A DNA stretch of 64,000 nucleotides from the human T2T-CHM13v2.0 reference genome, Homo sapiens. The first letter of the stretch is position 1. The number at the start of each line of letters is the position of its first letter. Below the pieces are notes generated by a model, which ran no database searches, had not been told where the DNA came from, and worked only from the letters and a program-made list of their open reading frames with translations. Of the stretch, positions 39,028 to 54,210 are shown piece after piece. Location: the NCBI RefSeq assembly GCF_009914755.1, contig NC_060925.1, one strand, 5' to 3'. A program made the translations under genes and the position numbers.

Positions 39028-39496
39028 TTTGGAACTTCTGCACAGTTGCCATAGGAATCCATCCTGGTCTTGGCTAGTGGGGCCTTTTCCACGTGGAGGT
39101 GTTGGGGGCCACCTACCTGAGGGGAGGTATGCAGAGTGAGGGAGCAGCAGATGGAGCCTAGGTGAAGAGATGGGGGGACATCGCTTTGCCTCGAGACCAG
39201 AAGTGACTGGAGACATTCTAATCAGTCCTATCTCTTGTATTTTGATTCAAATGGAGCCTAGGACTGCTGGAGCACCCAGCTGGGGACCCCAGGCCAACCC
39301 AGCTCTCTGTTCCTCCTCCCACTTCAGCCAGGCCAAGCATCTCTGGCTGCACCTGCTTCAGGAAGATGCTTGCAGCAACTAAATGAGAGGACGCATGGGA
39401 AGCCCTTAGCACCGTGGCTGGCCTATAAAATGTTTTCCAGAAGTGTCATGCAAGAAGGGAGAAGAGGAGACAGAGAAGAAAAGCCAGTCAGGGGTC

Positions 39497-39828
39497 TTAG
39501 GTAGGAGGTGGGACTTGACTTCAGAGGCAGGGTTCGGATGCTGGACCAAACTGAGGACTAGCTAAAACAGGGACTGGATGGAAGGAACTTTCCATAAGAC
39601 ATGCCCACCAGTGCACCATGTCAGTTTACCATTGCCATGCCAACACTCAGAAGTCACTGCCCCCTTCCGTGGCAATGACCTGATGACCTGGAAGTCACCA
39701 CCCTTTTTCTAGAAATGGCCACATAATTCACACCTTAATTTGCATGTAATTAAAAGTGGGTATAAATAGGAGTGCACAACTGCCTCTGAGCTATGACTCT
39801 CGGTGCACTGCCTGTGGGGTAGCCCTGC
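39497..39828 (+). mobile_element. Partial inverted copy of the adjacent LTR (U3 plus TATA, no polyA signal)
   Basis: About 94% identical to the reverse complement of 38674-39027. Confidence 0.92.
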
Positions 39829-39959
39829 CTGTGAGGTCTTAGGTCTTGGCCCTCTGGGCCAGAACAGAAGGACCTGGTACCTCTCAGAACTCACTCTCAC
39901 CATCAGCGTCCAGAATGTCTCCCTGCCTTAACCTTGAAGATGCCAGAGGAAGTGGAGGG

Positions 39960-40560
39960 ACTTGGGTCTGTCCTAGGCAGGGTTTCCCCTGAAGCCCCCC
40001 GACCCCTCAGACAAGGATTTGAGTACAAATCATGTATTTTGGAGGTGACGTCGGGAAGTATTGTCAGGGGAGTGTGGATGTGAACCAGCAAAGGGAAGAA
40101 AGCCAGTGAAGTTGTAGCACTGGGCAGGTGGGGCTCAGCTTCACCAGTGAGCTCTGGGAAGTGGAGTAGAATGGAGTTGCTAAATCTCCAATGTGTGTAA
40201 GAATCACCTGAAGAGGCTTCTGAAACCTTCCAGAGCCCCACCTCCAGAGAGTCTGATTCAGCAGGTCTGGGGCGGGACTCAAGAATTTGCATACAGCAAA
40301 CTCCCAGGTGCTACTGATGCTGCCAAATCGGGACCGTACTTTGAATAGCAGTGTAGACTACACCTCTGGGTTAATCCCCAGCCCACAAAGGGATGGGGAA
40401 GCTGGAGTATTTATCCACCCACTCCGCATCTGTCCTTGTTGAGGGCTGCTTCTGGGGGCATGAACTCTGGAGGTTCTGGCGACCGGATAAAGAACCTGAG
40501 GCAGAGAGTGCAGTGGATGGCAGCAAGTGGACACGTGAGGACGGATGGGATGAACACTGT
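39960..40560 (-). mobile_element. Old ERVL-type LTR (LTR16/33-like) with a nested MER5-type MITE (~40170-40355)
   Basis: 'cagacaaggatttgagtacaa..ttggaggtga'; MER5 motifs 'agaatcacctg..tctgattcagcaggtctgggg..aagaatttgcat..ctcccaggtg'. Confidence 0.6.
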
Positions 40561-43500
40561 GGCATCTGCTGCAAGCTCAGAGGGTCCGGCTTTGAATCCT
40601 GGCCCTGTCTTCTATAATTTGTGGGATTTAGGTAAAGTCTATAATCTCCCCAAGCCTCAGTTTCCTCATTGAAAAAATGGGGATAATAATTCCAACATCG
40701 GTGTCATTATGGAGATGTAATGAGATTAATCTGGTGCGAGTGTCTGGCACATAGTAGATGCACCGTAAATGTTTATTGCATCTGTAGCAGCGCTGTTCCA
40801 GAAGCGGGATGAGAGAGGTCTGGTTCCTGGAGAGAGCTGGAGGCTGCAGGCTGGCACAAGCCCTGCATGAATCCATGTCTGCTTGGATCCTCGTTGCCTT
40901 AATAAGTAAATAATCAATTGAGAGAGATTCTTCCTGGGTGCTAAGAACCAAGTCCTTTCCATCTGCAGCCATCCAGAGGCAAGCTTTACTAGAGACCTGG
41001 CCTCAAGGGGCTGCCTGCGACCTGGCATGTTTTCCAAGGGGCTGGTGAGGCAAGTCTGCATTTCCAGGGGTGGTTGGCAACTGCAACTGCACACTGAATG
41101 CTGTGGGAATGGAATGCATTGGCCGCTTCCCCTTCCCCACCCCGGGGTAGCTCCCAGCCCATTCTTTTCCCTCCCTCCCTTGAGTATGTGGGGGATGGCA
41201 TAAAAGGAAGCATTCTGGACATCCGCAGGATGGGGCAATTGGCACCTGCAAGACAAAATCAAGAATTTCAGGTGGTGGGAGGTCGTGCAGAAAAGAGGAG
41301 AGGTCAATGGTGAAAAATACGGAGGGCCACTTGGGGAAATAAAAGAACAACAACTCAGAGGGTTAACCATATCACACTGAGTTTTTCTAGTTTATAATAG
41401 CACTGGGGATTTGGATGTAGGATGCTACTCAGAGCCAGTTTCGGGAAGGACTCTTACTGCCTGGGAGCCATTTGGCTTTCTCAACCTACTTGCATCACTG
41501 CTTGTGAAACAACAATGAGGTGAGCCTGAGCAAAGGGAAGAAAGAGTGTGGGGGTCCTCCAGCCCCACCCCCACCTCTACTAGGCACCTGCTCAGCACCA
41601 TTGCAGTGTAACGGGTCCAGTTTTGAACCAGGCGAATGCACATCTGAGTTTCAGGTTCATTTTTGCCTCTCACTCGCTGTAGGATCTTGGGACTCCGGTT
41701 TTTATTTGCGATGTGAATCTATTCAGTTATCTCTGGGGTCCTTTTTGCTGACAGCTTCTGGATCTTAATTTTGGGGAGGTCTCTCAGAACCAAACACTTC
41801 TCCAGCCAAGCAGGTTTAGGGAGAACCCAGAGCAACCTTCTCTGGCAGCATCACCCAGAGCGGTTGCGAAAAGTGCGGATTCCCAGTCCCACTGGGGCCC
41901 TGCAGAGTCAGACACTCTTCCTGTAAAACCCAGGAATTTTCTTCTTCCACTGCATGCTCATCCCCCCTGACTCTCACACGTATTGCATTTTGAGAAGTCC
42001 TGTCTAAAAAACAAGAAAATTTTCTCGTCTTCTTTCTCTTCTGTAGTCAGTTAAACAAAGCCACCCAGCTGGGCCAGGTCACCTGATGCTGGTGCATTTA
42101 ATATCTAAGTGGAAGCAACAACTCATCAAAAGGAACAGTTTACAATTGCCTGGGATAAAACTATTTTCTTTTCAATCTTCCCTGGAAAGTGACAGATAAT
42201 AACCAGCCTGGAGACTGTAATATTATTAGGGCCAAAAATAAAATAAAACCCCTTAACTGCTTCCTCTTACAGAGAGAAGCCAAATAGTTCTTCAACTCAT
42301 TTAAATAAAGTGATTGTTTTCCTTGCTCATTATCTTAAATTCCCAGGAGTCTGCAGTCCCCTCCTTCTGTATGAGGGGATGGCCCTATTTCCCCCTCTCT
42401 CATCATTTCTTATTTCACAAGAATCCCGTTAAGACCGGCAGCAAGAAGCCATGCATTTATGAACCACTTTTAGCATGCTTGCTTTCTGCCCGGCCCCCAA
42501 CCCTTAAATTAAATGAGATAATATATCTGAGGCATATAGAACAACTCCTGGCATAGAGTAAGTGCCCAACTCATGTTTATTGTCATTATTAATGACATTT
42601 GAATACCATGATTCTGGTCTCAACAAGATAGTCTGTGCCTTCAGACAAGTCATTGCACACTGAGCCTTAGTTTTTCCAGCAGTGAAATGGGGGAGAGAAC
42701 ACATGGACGGAGGGAGCCCAGAGCAGGGATTATTATGCTAGAATCTCATTACAGGAGGGCATGAGGACAGATAGCCCCTAGGCAAAGGGGTTAGAGTTCT
42801 TAAGGCCTTGTTATTTCCTTAACATACCTACAGAACATACAGGAGCTATGTCTGCCCCCAGACCGGTTGGTGCAAATGTAGCTGAAGGAATCATTGAATT
42901 TGACCTAAACCTCTGTTCTTCTAGGAACTTTGTTCCAGATGATTCTCTGAGGACAATTTACCTCCTCTATGCTCTGTCTCCTCTTATCAGTTGTGGTGAC
43001 TTAGATGGCTCCCGTTACCTTGACAACCCTACCCTTCCCCTTCTCTACCAAATGAAGAAGACAGGGCCTGCTTTGCAGGGCCATGGTGAATATTCAAGCC
43101 AGCTTAGGCTCAGGGCCACCACACTGTGCCATCCCACAAATAGCAGCTATTACAGTGGTCGTGAGCATGATGTCACAATCCCGGCTCTTTTCACAAGCCT
43201 GCAACCCCTTCCCTGCAAACCAGAAATCCAAAAAGCTCTGATAAATGAAAGATTTATTTTATTTTGTTCTATTTTTTGTAATTCATTGGATGAGAAAACT
43301 GAACCTGACCTGAACTGACTTGAAATGACTTGGTGGCAAAACCCAGCCTGGGTCGATGGGAGGATATTTATGGTATTTGTTTTTCTCACTTAGTATCACC
43401 ATCCAAATGCGTCACTGCAGAAATATTAATGTTGAGTGATTACATAGTGATTCTTTGGACCCCAGTTGTGTTGTGTGATATATTGAACAAGCCCCATATC

Positions 43501-44274
43501 ACCTTTCAGAAGTAGGGTTCAGCCTGAGCTCTGGGACACATCTGGCTCCAAGGGTTCGGGATGGTGGTTGTGGAACTAGTGTTAATGTCAGGCAAAAATT
43601 CTCACCTCTGGGTGTCCTCTGGGTGTTCCTCCTGCAAGCTTCCATTCTGGGAAAATTGTTGTTCATGCAGCGGCCTCCTCACTTGCCCCTGTACATAAAT
43701 CCAGCTCAAACCCACCCACTTGGGTACACCTGCATCCTTGGGGAGCCCCTTTCTTGGAGTGCTTAGTCTCCATCCTATCACGCTGCCCACCTGCCCCTAC
43801 ACCAGTCCGGTTTCCAGGCCAACTCCTGTGCCCATCAGGCCACTGGAAGGGACAGCGTCCTCCCTGCCTGACCTCCACATGCTTGCCTTCCCCCATGTGG
43901 CACTGCTGGCTGAATTCTCTGCTCTTCACTCCGATTTTTGGCACCAGAGCCACACAACCGGGATCTCAAAACAGAAAGAATGCATTTCCTAGGCAAGCCC
44001 GCTCCTTCCTTAAGCTCGCAGGCTGAGGAGCGGGCAAGGTGCAGCCAATGGGCTCTGTCCCAGCGCCTGGGCCTTCCACTGGCATTTTCTCCAGCAGGTT
44101 TTCCTCCTGAGCCATAGAGATTAAGAGCTTGGAGGTGCCCACTGAGGGAGAGGCTTTTAGGGATTTAATGCAGCCTTGATGAAGCCCGGAGACAGGGGCA
44201 AGGGGTTCTTTGCTATCAGAACGTGCAGATGAGGTGGGAATGCCCCAGAAATTTACCCTGCAGGCTCTGGAATA

Positions 44275-44530
44275 GCAATATTATTATGAATAATATTGAT
44301 TGATCACTTTCCATGTGTCAGGCTCTGCATTGAGTACCTTACATGAACTATCTCATTTAATCTTCACAAGACCCTAGGAGGTGGCTACCATTATTATTCT
44401 CATTTTATAGAAAAGGAGAGAGGGTCAGAGAGGCTAGGTAACTTGTTCCAGGCCACACAGCCAGTATATGGTAGAGCCAGGAGCTGATCACAGGCAGTTG
44501 GATTCAAGAGCCCAAATTCTTGACCATATG
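44275..44530 (-). mobile_element. MIR SINE
   Basis: tatctcatttaatcttcacaa..attattattctcattttataga..taacttgttccaggccacacagccag. Confidence 0.85.
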
Positions 44531-44536
44531 TGTATC

Positions 44537-44990
44537 TGTGATCTATTACCATGAACATGCTGTGTAACACTTGGACACAGAGCCTCAGTGGTGTACAACA
44601 ATAGGCACTTTTTTCTCACACATTCAGGTGGATGAGCTAGGTAGCTGTGCACACTCATATGTCTGAGAGCATCTGACCTTTGACTGACCCAGGCTGTCCT
44701 CACTGGGACAACAGGAGTGACCAACTCTGTCCCATGTGTCTCCCATCCTCCAGTGGGCTGGCCCAGCATGTACTCATGGCAGTGGCCCAAGAACTTATGT
44801 GGAAACTTGCTAGGCCTCCAGAGGCCATGCACTGTCACTCATGCATTGTCACCTCCCTGTTGGCCAGAGCATATCACATGGCCAGCCCAGGTCCAAGGAG
44901 CAGAGAAATAGATGCTGCCTTTTTAGTGAGAAACGCTGAGTGTGGACCCAAGAAGTCGTGAAAATGGGAACCCTTTTGCAATTCACTACG
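44537..44990 (-). mobile_element. MLT1-family (MaLR) LTR
   Basis: ctcagtggtgtacaacaata..gttggccagagcatatcacatggccagccca..agaaatagat. Confidence 0.7.
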
Positions 44991-45984
44991 TGACACAGGG
45001 GCCTTCACAGCCACAGTGTGCACCTATGTCCTGCAGGGAGACAAGAGGGACCACCTGAGAGTCTCATGACCCTGGATTCCACCTCTGTGAGCTCCCAATC
45101 AAACTGAAAGGGAGACCCAGCAAATGGGGTCAATGAAAGCTCTCTGCTTTCAGGAACTTCCAGGACTAATAAGGGAGACAATATTTGACCTCCAGGAGAG
45201 GCCAGCATGATGGAGGAGACTCAGTCTCTGCCCTTGGAGAGCCCATGGCCCCTGGCTGTGGAGAGCTGTATGTATGTAACTCAGGCTCAGAGAGCTCCCA
45301 GTAGGACAGGGTAAGCATTGACCTCACTCTAATGGGAATGGGTTGTCTAATAGGTGAGGCAGGACACTGATATAAGCAGAAAATAAATGTCATTGTACAC
45401 TGAGGACCAGCTGATTTGGGGAGATACGGGAAGAACTTATTCAGGAGAGTCAATTTGTGTGGGCGTTTTGGAGGTGGTGAGGTTCAGCTACAGTTAAGGA
45501 AGCAGAAGCAGCTCTCAGCTGGACAAGGATTAGAAGGTGAGCATCAGGGTGCTCAGGAAAACAGGATGTGGGGAGCTCATTTTCCAGTTCCTTGGCCTTT
45601 GATGGAGACTCTTCTCTACCCTGCCCTGGCCTCCCACTTGGGCCCACCCTCTGGTAACATCCTAGATTTCCTCTGCCTCCCTCACTCCACAGCAGCCACT
45701 ATGGAAAAAGACATTTCTAGGCTCAGAGGGAGAGTGGAAAGAGGTTTGGAGAAAGGCCTCAGGCCACTTTGAGAAGCTTGGAAAAAGGGGAGCATGGAGG
45801 AAGCGGGAGAAGAGGGTAGCTCTGCGGCTGGACCTGGGACTTTCCCAGACACTGAGCTCTCAGATCACGGGCCCTAGGTGGAGGCTGCTTTCCTTGGACC
45901 ATGCCTGGGTCCACCGTCAGAGTTGGAGGAGCTCATTCTGCAGCCTGTGTCTTCTAGAACAGGCCTCTAGGAGAGAAGGAACTG

Positions 45985-46172
45985 CAGCCTGCAGGCCAAC
46001 TCTGGGCCACCACCTCTTTCATAAATAAGATTCTGTTTGAACACAGCCATGCTCATTCAGTCATGTATTGTCTGCAATAACAGACTGAGTAGTTGTGACC
46101 CAGAACATTTGGCCCATAAAGCTTAAAATAGTTACTGTCTAGCTCTTTACAGAAAATGTTTGCCAATCCTTG
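45985..46172 (-). mobile_element. MER58A-like hAT MITE
   Basis: aacacagccatgctcattc..gagtagttgtgac..tttacagaaaatgtttgccaatcc. Confidence 0.8.
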
Positions 46173-49100
46173 CTCTATCTAGAACGAGAACACCACTAGG
46201 ACAGGGATCTTCGTCTGTTTTATTTGCTGCTGTGTCCCCAGTGCCCAGAACTGTGCCTGGCACATAACAGGTGCTTAATCAATGCATGCAGAATGCAGGA
46301 ATGAACGACTTGGCCTCTCTACAAATCATGTTTTCAACCACACGGAGCAATATTACCCAACCCCTTTGTTTTAATCTACTTCGACTGATCATTTTACAGA
46401 TGGGAAAACAGAACTTTGGGAAGTCCAAGTGAGCAGCATTAGTCCTCCAGCCAGTTAGTAGCAGAGCCAGCTCTGGGACACAGGACTACTGACCCACAGG
46501 GCAGGGCTCTTTCTGCTGGACATGCTGAAATGCTCCTCAACAGCTTCTTACCACAAGGTAGCCTGCACCATCAGCTAGGAGATTTTCTCCTTTGGCATTT
46601 GGCAAAAGATTCCCAGCTGCTGTAAGTGCTTTTGGGCTGTGGCTGGGGGTGTCAGGGACTCCTGGGTCCCAAGAAGTGAAGCTGAAGCCGAGATGGGTCC
46701 CAAAGACAGGTCACCAAGCTTACATGTGATATGTCTGGAAAGACACCCAACCCCAACTCAGGTGCGCGGTGAAACCTGCAGCTGTGGTTTGCCTCATCTC
46801 TCCTCCGGCCCTAAGGTGGTCACCAATGTGCCTTGGGAGTGGGGGAAATTATTTGTCAGAACTTGCAAAACAAAAGGCAATTTATTCCTCTGCAGATCCA
46901 GAAACAGATAGAAGGGCGGGAGGAATCATGCATGTAGTTGGTCTCCCTCCTGAAGGTCTCCAGGGTTGGAGAAAGGGCTGAGAGCTGTCCCACAGGCTTA
47001 TCCGGATGGAAGGCAGTCTTATGTCCCACATGTGACACCAAAAGCAGGAATCCCTCATCCCTGTCCTTGGCAGATTCTACAAGTTGAAACACATATAGGA
47101 CAGGCCCACCTCACTCTTCATGATAGCTCCCAGGTATGTTGTATAGTAAATCCTGTGCCTGTAACAATTCAGGGCAATCTCTTTCCTGAGCTGGTCGATT
47201 GTTCTTGATGTCCTCAGCTCCTCGTCCAAACCTCTTAATCCAGGAGCAAATGAGCTGTAAACAACCGCATCACATGGGGCGCAGGAGGAGCTGCTATTGA
47301 AGGAGGAAGTGAGGCTGCAGCAGCTTTGCAAACAGAGGGTCACTGGGGATTGGGGTGGCTGCAGACTCTGATGGGATCCCATAGCATCTGCAGGTGAGGG
47401 TGGCTGCTGATGCCGATGAGACTTGGGGTGATCCACCTGGGGCAGGTCTTGGACAAGTGTGATGCCCTGAGGGGCCATTTGGGCATTTGCCTGAGACTTT
47501 AGGGTGACTGTCCTTTCTCAGTGGATGCAGAAGGATCCAGACAGCCTTGATTCTGTGTCATTGGCATGGATGCAAGTGTTTGGGGAGGACTTGTTGGAGG
47601 AGGAGGAGGAGGATCAGCATCTTTGAATAAATGATACGTTTACAAGGAAAAGCTTACTGTGGGCTCCCCTCAGCCAAGAAGTGAGACTGAACAGAAGGTC
47701 TCTTCTTGGCCCAGAAGTTCTCTAAAGTCCAGAGTCTGCACCTCCTGCTGCAGAGCTGTGTCTGGGAGCTCCATAAGAGTCAGAGCTGTGTCTCCACCAT
47801 CAGTCTGATGATTCCTCAAGACCAGTAAGTATACATGTGCACCGGACCAGCAGCTCCTAGTGGGTGGGTGCTAGATACCCACAGTCTGAAGCGCATCTCC
47901 CTCATCCCTCCAGCAGCAAGGTGAGCCCTTTCTTGCTCTCCAATGGTGATCTCGGACCTTTCTTTCCCCGCAGGGCCCCTTGAGAAAGAGCAGAGTCTTC
48001 CAGGAAGGCAAGGGCAGCCACTGAGTTAGGAACTGGAATTTACTGTGTGACCTTAGGCAAGTCCTTTTCCCTCTCTGGGCCTCAGTGTCCCTCAAACAAA
48101 AACCCAGAGACTTTTCCAGTATGTTAGAAGCATCCTTCCGGTTCTCTCAGCTCCTGCCATGTGCCTTCTGGAGGTAACCTTCTAAGGACTCTGCACCAAC
48201 CACCGCCCTTCACCCTCATGCTATCTCCCTTTCTCAAGGACCCCGGGCCCCAAGGCAGAGCCAGGTGGCATCTTTGCACTTACACTGGCTGACTCTACAC
48301 TAGCTGTTTTGCTCCCCATTCTGCCTTCACAGCATTTCTTGTGGTTGAACTACCAGTCTTGCAGGGAAGCAAAATGAAGAGACCCCAACCCTGCCTGCCA
48401 TCCACTCACTCTCCAAAGTGCAGGGAAACAGCTCCTTTGAAGACCTCAATTTAAACAAGGGAGAGAACAGTTCTGAGATTTTCTTCCCACTCTCTTGGCT
48501 CCATCCCTTATAATGGTTTCGTTCCCAAGCCCCAGATATTCTGGGGAGGGTGAATGGGCAGAGGATGGGGGTGGGCCTGGATGACTCATGCCCTGCAAGG
48601 TTCTGCCAACACTCGGCATCTGGTCCTGCTTCATGCCTCTCCAGGGCAGCCTCGGGCAAGAGGGAGCCCTTGGTGTCAGAATGCAGGGAGAGGGCACTGA
48701 GCACCAAGCTGGCACCTGGGTGGGAGGTGTCCAACACATGCAGCTTCCTTCCCTGTGCAGAGCATCTGCAGCAGGACTCTTCTTGGATGCTCAGAGCCCA
48801 CCATTAACTAGAGACCAGATTTCTGACCAAGGCCATGGAGGCGGCCATGTTGGCTGCACTGAAAACAGCCGGGCTCCGTGACAATGGGCTTCCTGCCCTT
48901 CGTGCAGACCCCACCAGTGGAGGGGTGTTCTTCAGCCTCCTTCACATCAGTGTCCATCAGAGATTCAAAAAAAAAAAGGAAACTACCCAAACTGGTGCCA
49001 TCAAGGCTGTCACTCACTCTCCTCCCTACGAGCCAGCCGCATGTGCGATTTGACACACTGGTAGCATTTCTGCAAATTACACATCATTCTCCCCACTGAA

Positions 49101-49513
49101 GCCACACCTTTGACTGCTGTAGTATTTACCTGACCGTGCAAGTAATTTTCAGGCTTCACTTAGTGGGCCACTGAGGCATGGAAGAAAGCAGGGATGGCGT
49201 TGACTTTGGACAGCAGGCCCAAGAGAAGCTGAAATATTATTAGAAGGTGTCCTAATAGCTCAGACAAGCACAGAGAGACAGCTGCTCGCAGAGCTATGGG
49301 CAGAGGATTGGTTTTCATGGTTCTCTATGAAGCATTGTCTCACTGCTGCTTACATGCCTCTGAGGATGGAGAGCTCACCACCCACCGTAGACATACCATT
49401 CCATCTCTGAGTGCCTCTGACAGTGACAAAGTACTGTATTGACACTGATGGTATCTGTCATCCCATAACTTCAACCCATTAATGCTGCCTCTGCTTCATG
49501 GGTGATGTAGAAT

Positions 49514-49704
49514 TAAGGTGATCAGCTCATTTCGACTTGCCCAGATGTTTCCCAGTTTTAACACAGAAAGCCCCACATCCCAGGCCTCCACTTTAATGAG
49601 TAACTCAGTGTGGTTTGTCTAAACCTATCCAGATTTTAAGTCTGAAAGTCCTGCATCCTGGTAACCCTCTCAATCACAAGCAAACCTGGCCTAGTTATCA
49701 CCCT
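49514..49704. mobile_element. hAT-Blackjack MITE (MER81/MER94-like)
   Basis: Termini taaggtga / tcacccta; internal 'cccagttttaacacagaaag' occurs twice in degenerate form. Confidence 0.6.
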
Positions 49705-50153
49705 ATGCAGAAAAATCTATGTCAGCAAATCTGAAAATCTTTCCTCCTCCATCTGATAGCCTACCCAAGGTACAAGTGCGGTTGCCGTGATTCCTCTTGC
49801 CCTCCCTCCCCTAGGCACCCCAGGGAGGCAGGAAAGATCAACCGGGAGCATCAGTGGCTGGTCCTGTCTCTAGAAGGAGCAACATGGTGGATGGGCCAGA
49901 CTCAGTCTTGGGCTCAAACCCACCTGTGCCACTTCTTAGCTGGGTGGCCTCAGCCAAAGCCCCAGACCCTCAGGGCTGTGGAAGGTGTCAAGGAGATTTT
50001 GGGTAGGAAGCCCCAAGACCATGGGTGAGTAGCTGGCATGGAGGATGGCACCTTGAGAGGCTAGGGATGGAGTGTGGCTCGTGATGGACCAACAGGGTGT
50101 CATTGAGAGGCAGGGCAGCATGGCAATGGTCATAGCCTGAGTTCCAAGTCCAC

Positions 50154-50539
50154 TGTATTAGTCCATTTTCATGCTGCCGATAAAGACATACCCAAGACTG
50201 GGTAATTTATAAAGAAAAAGAGGTTTAATGGACTCACAGTTTCACGTGGCCAGGGAAGCCTCATAATCATGGCCTCACAATCATGGCAGAAGGTGAAAGG
50301 CAAGTCTTCCATGGCAGCAGACAAGAGAGAAATGAGAACCAAGTGAAAGGGTTTTCCCCTTATAAAACCATCATCTCTCGTGAGACTTATTCACTAATAC
50401 TAGAACAGTATAGGGGAAACCGCCCCCATGATTCAATTACCTCTCACCAGGTCCCTCCCACAACATGTGAGAATTATGAGAGCTACAATTCAAGATGAGA
50501 TTGGGGGTGGGGTGGGGGGGACACAGCGAAGCCATATCA
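50154..50539 (-). mobile_element. THE1-family solo LTR inserted in a MIR
   Basis: tgtattagtccattttcatgctgc..gactgggtaatttataaagaaaaagagg..ccatatca; MIR sequence resumes after it. Confidence 0.92.
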
Positions 50540-51224
50540 CCCTCTCTGCCACTTCCTGGCTACATGATCTTGGGCCAGTCGCTTCACCCCTCCAGGCTTC
50601 AGTTTCCTCATCTGCGTGGAATAAGAGCCCTGCTTCCTAAGGTAGTTGGGAGGATCCAGTGAGCAGGTGCACACAGGGCACTTAGCACCTGGCCTTAGAT
50701 GAGTTCTGAGGAAATGGTCGCACTTCCACTGTTGTCATCGCTGCTCTCCACATCATTATGTTCATGCTGAAGATCCATCACCCATGTGACCGCGACAGCC
50801 CCTTCTTCCATTTTCCAGCTTTGGAATGAGTGGTTTGGAAGAAGCTGGATCTCTTAATAGGTTGAGTGTGTCCCCTCGGCTCTTGCCAGGGACCTGGCTG
50901 CCCTGGGGCAGTGGAGAGGGGGCCTCTCAAGCCTCTCACAGTCTTGCCCACTGGACAAAAGAGGCATTTTAATTCAAAGATGCACTTAACTTTAAAGATC
51001 CCTCCCCCAGAATTTTCCCCATTTGGCCTTTGACATGCATTCAAACCCCTCAGATGACAGAGATATGTGGGAGGAGACAATAAAACCACAAAAGGAATGG
51101 ACAAGAGGCCCAGCCTCTGTCCACTTTATGCTCAGGTGGGAGCTGGTGTCTTTCCCCGTTACTGGCCAGGTCTCCTTGCCCCCACTGGGCCCTCCAATCC
51201 CTTCTCCACTAGCAGCCAGACGGA

Positions 51225-51970
<746 letters not shown>

Positions 51971-52588
51971 TAGGAGCTGCCCGTGCTACCTCTCAGGCTC
52001 TATTAGGACCCCAGTGCCTAAGTCTAACTCCTGGGTGTGGCTGAAATGCACCTGGCCTGGGAGTTTGGATCCCAGCTTCGCCACTAGTCTGCTGCTCTAT
52101 GTGTTGAGGGAAATCACTCGGCCTCTCTGGTAAAGACACCTACCAAGTCAAAGATGAGTCAGGGGCTCACATGGTCCAGTTAGAAGAAAAGAATTGTAAG
52201 TGTGTGGCAGAGCATTTGGGTATTGGCTAACTTGTTTCTTTACCCCATTATTATACTAGGACTGGAGATACACGGTGTTGGGCAAAATGGTTCCAGCCCC
52301 TACCCTTCTGCAATTTATAGCCAGGTACTATCAGGTATCTATGACAAAGGCCTATGAAGGCTATAACCACACCTTCTTGCTCAACACTCCAGACCTTGTG
52401 CCTATCACAAAGCTAGCCTCTTAGCCTGGGCTCAAGAAGTAAGTATGTACAGGTTCCGGTCAGGTTGGCCAGAAGAGGAGAAACTGAACTCTTCCTGGAG
52501 AGATTAGGAAAAGCTATTGACCTGAGTCGCAAAGAATGAGCCAGAATCAGACAGGTAGATGAGGAAAAGAGGGGCTTATAAGCTAGAC

Positions 52589-52794
52589 CAGGGGTTGCCT
52601 AACTCTGGCCCATTGGCCAAATCTGGCCATCTGTTTTTGTAAATAAAGTTTTATTGGAATACAGTCATGTTCATTCATTTCTGGATTGTCCAGGGCTGTT
52701 TTGTGCTATAAGAGCAGAGTTGATTAATTGTGACAGACGCTGTGTAGCCTGCAAATCCTAAAATATTCTTACAGAGAAAGTTTGCTGTCCACTG
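52589..52794 (-). mobile_element. MER58A-like hAT MITE
   Basis: caggggttg..tttgtaaataaagttttattggaa..aaagtttgctgtccactg; degenerate 8-bp TSD agctagac/atctaaac. Confidence 0.85.
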
Positions 52795-52854
52795 ATCTAA
52801 ACAAAGGAGTCAGGCCAAGGAAAGGCCCAGAAATCTCTTTCTTGCTTAGAACTA

Positions 52855-53193
<339 letters not shown>

Positions 53194-53949
53194 CTAAATT
53201 GTGTGGCCCAATGCAGAATGAAAACAGGGGCCTCTTCTTAAAAACCGATTACAAATTTCAAATTTCAGAAGCAGAGTCTTAAACCACCTGCAGAGCCCTT
53301 GTAGGCACAGGTCTTTGTGCAGCTCTTGCAGGCTCTGGGCAGAGTTAGAAGTTGCGCTCATGCTCTTCCCTGGGAAACCACACTGGGAGTAGATCTGGGA
53401 GGCAGTCTTGACCCAGGGATCTAAGCTGGGGCTTGGCGTCTCCAATCCCCAAGCCAAACCTCCAGAAAGACCAGCCTCGGATCTACTCCCCAAGCCAAGG
53501 GGATGGAGAACTGGCCTTCCCGTCTCAGCTCTCCCGTCCCATTCTTGGAGCCTGGCTGTGATGAGAAGCAGAGGTGGGCCCAGCTGCCTCTCCCACCGGG
53601 AGTGTCTTGGTGATCAGACATGCAGCAGCCATAAGAAGACACATGGCAGTTTAATGGGACCCTCTCTCTGACGATGCTGTTCTCCCCATGCTCACCTGGA
53701 ACTATCTGATGGGGGAGCAGTGGGGAAAGGAACCTCACTTCACCCAACTATGGAACAGCAAAATGAGAACAAGGGCTCATGGAAACCTTCCATGCTAGGT
53801 GTCCGCTCAACCCCAACCCCTTAGATTCCTGGACTAAAGTCTGTGTCATCTGCCCTTCCATTGCACAGACACCTGCAGGAGACAGGAAGCCAGATGGAAA
53901 TGCGGCCAAAGTCTTTATTCCCCAGCTCCTCCCAGTGGGGCCCCTGGGT

Positions 53950-54210
53950 CCCTCCACCCAAGCTTTTGGGTGGAATTCTTCTTCAGCTGCTGCTCTCTTG
54001 GATTCAGGGAGACCTCCCACTCCTTTGCCCCCTTCCCTTTTCTCCTAAGAGGACTACAGTCCCCACCGGTCTCTGCCCCAGTGTTGCCTCATGCCTTATT
54101 GGAATTTCTCCGCCGTGCCCATATCTTTGTAAATCACCTTGGAATTAAGGTCTTCTTATTTATGATCTTTTCAAGGAATATCTGTTTCCTGCTGTGCCCT
54201 GCCTGGCACA
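53950..54210 (+). mobile_element. ERVL LTR 3' part (LTR33-like)
   Basis: ctttgtaaat..attaa..atctgtttcctgctg..ccctgcctggcaca. Confidence 0.55.

Noticed and set aside
38519-39828. Provirus bounded by two LTRs
   Set aside because: The LTR copies are inverted, the first has its own TSD, and the spacer shows no internal retroviral sequence.
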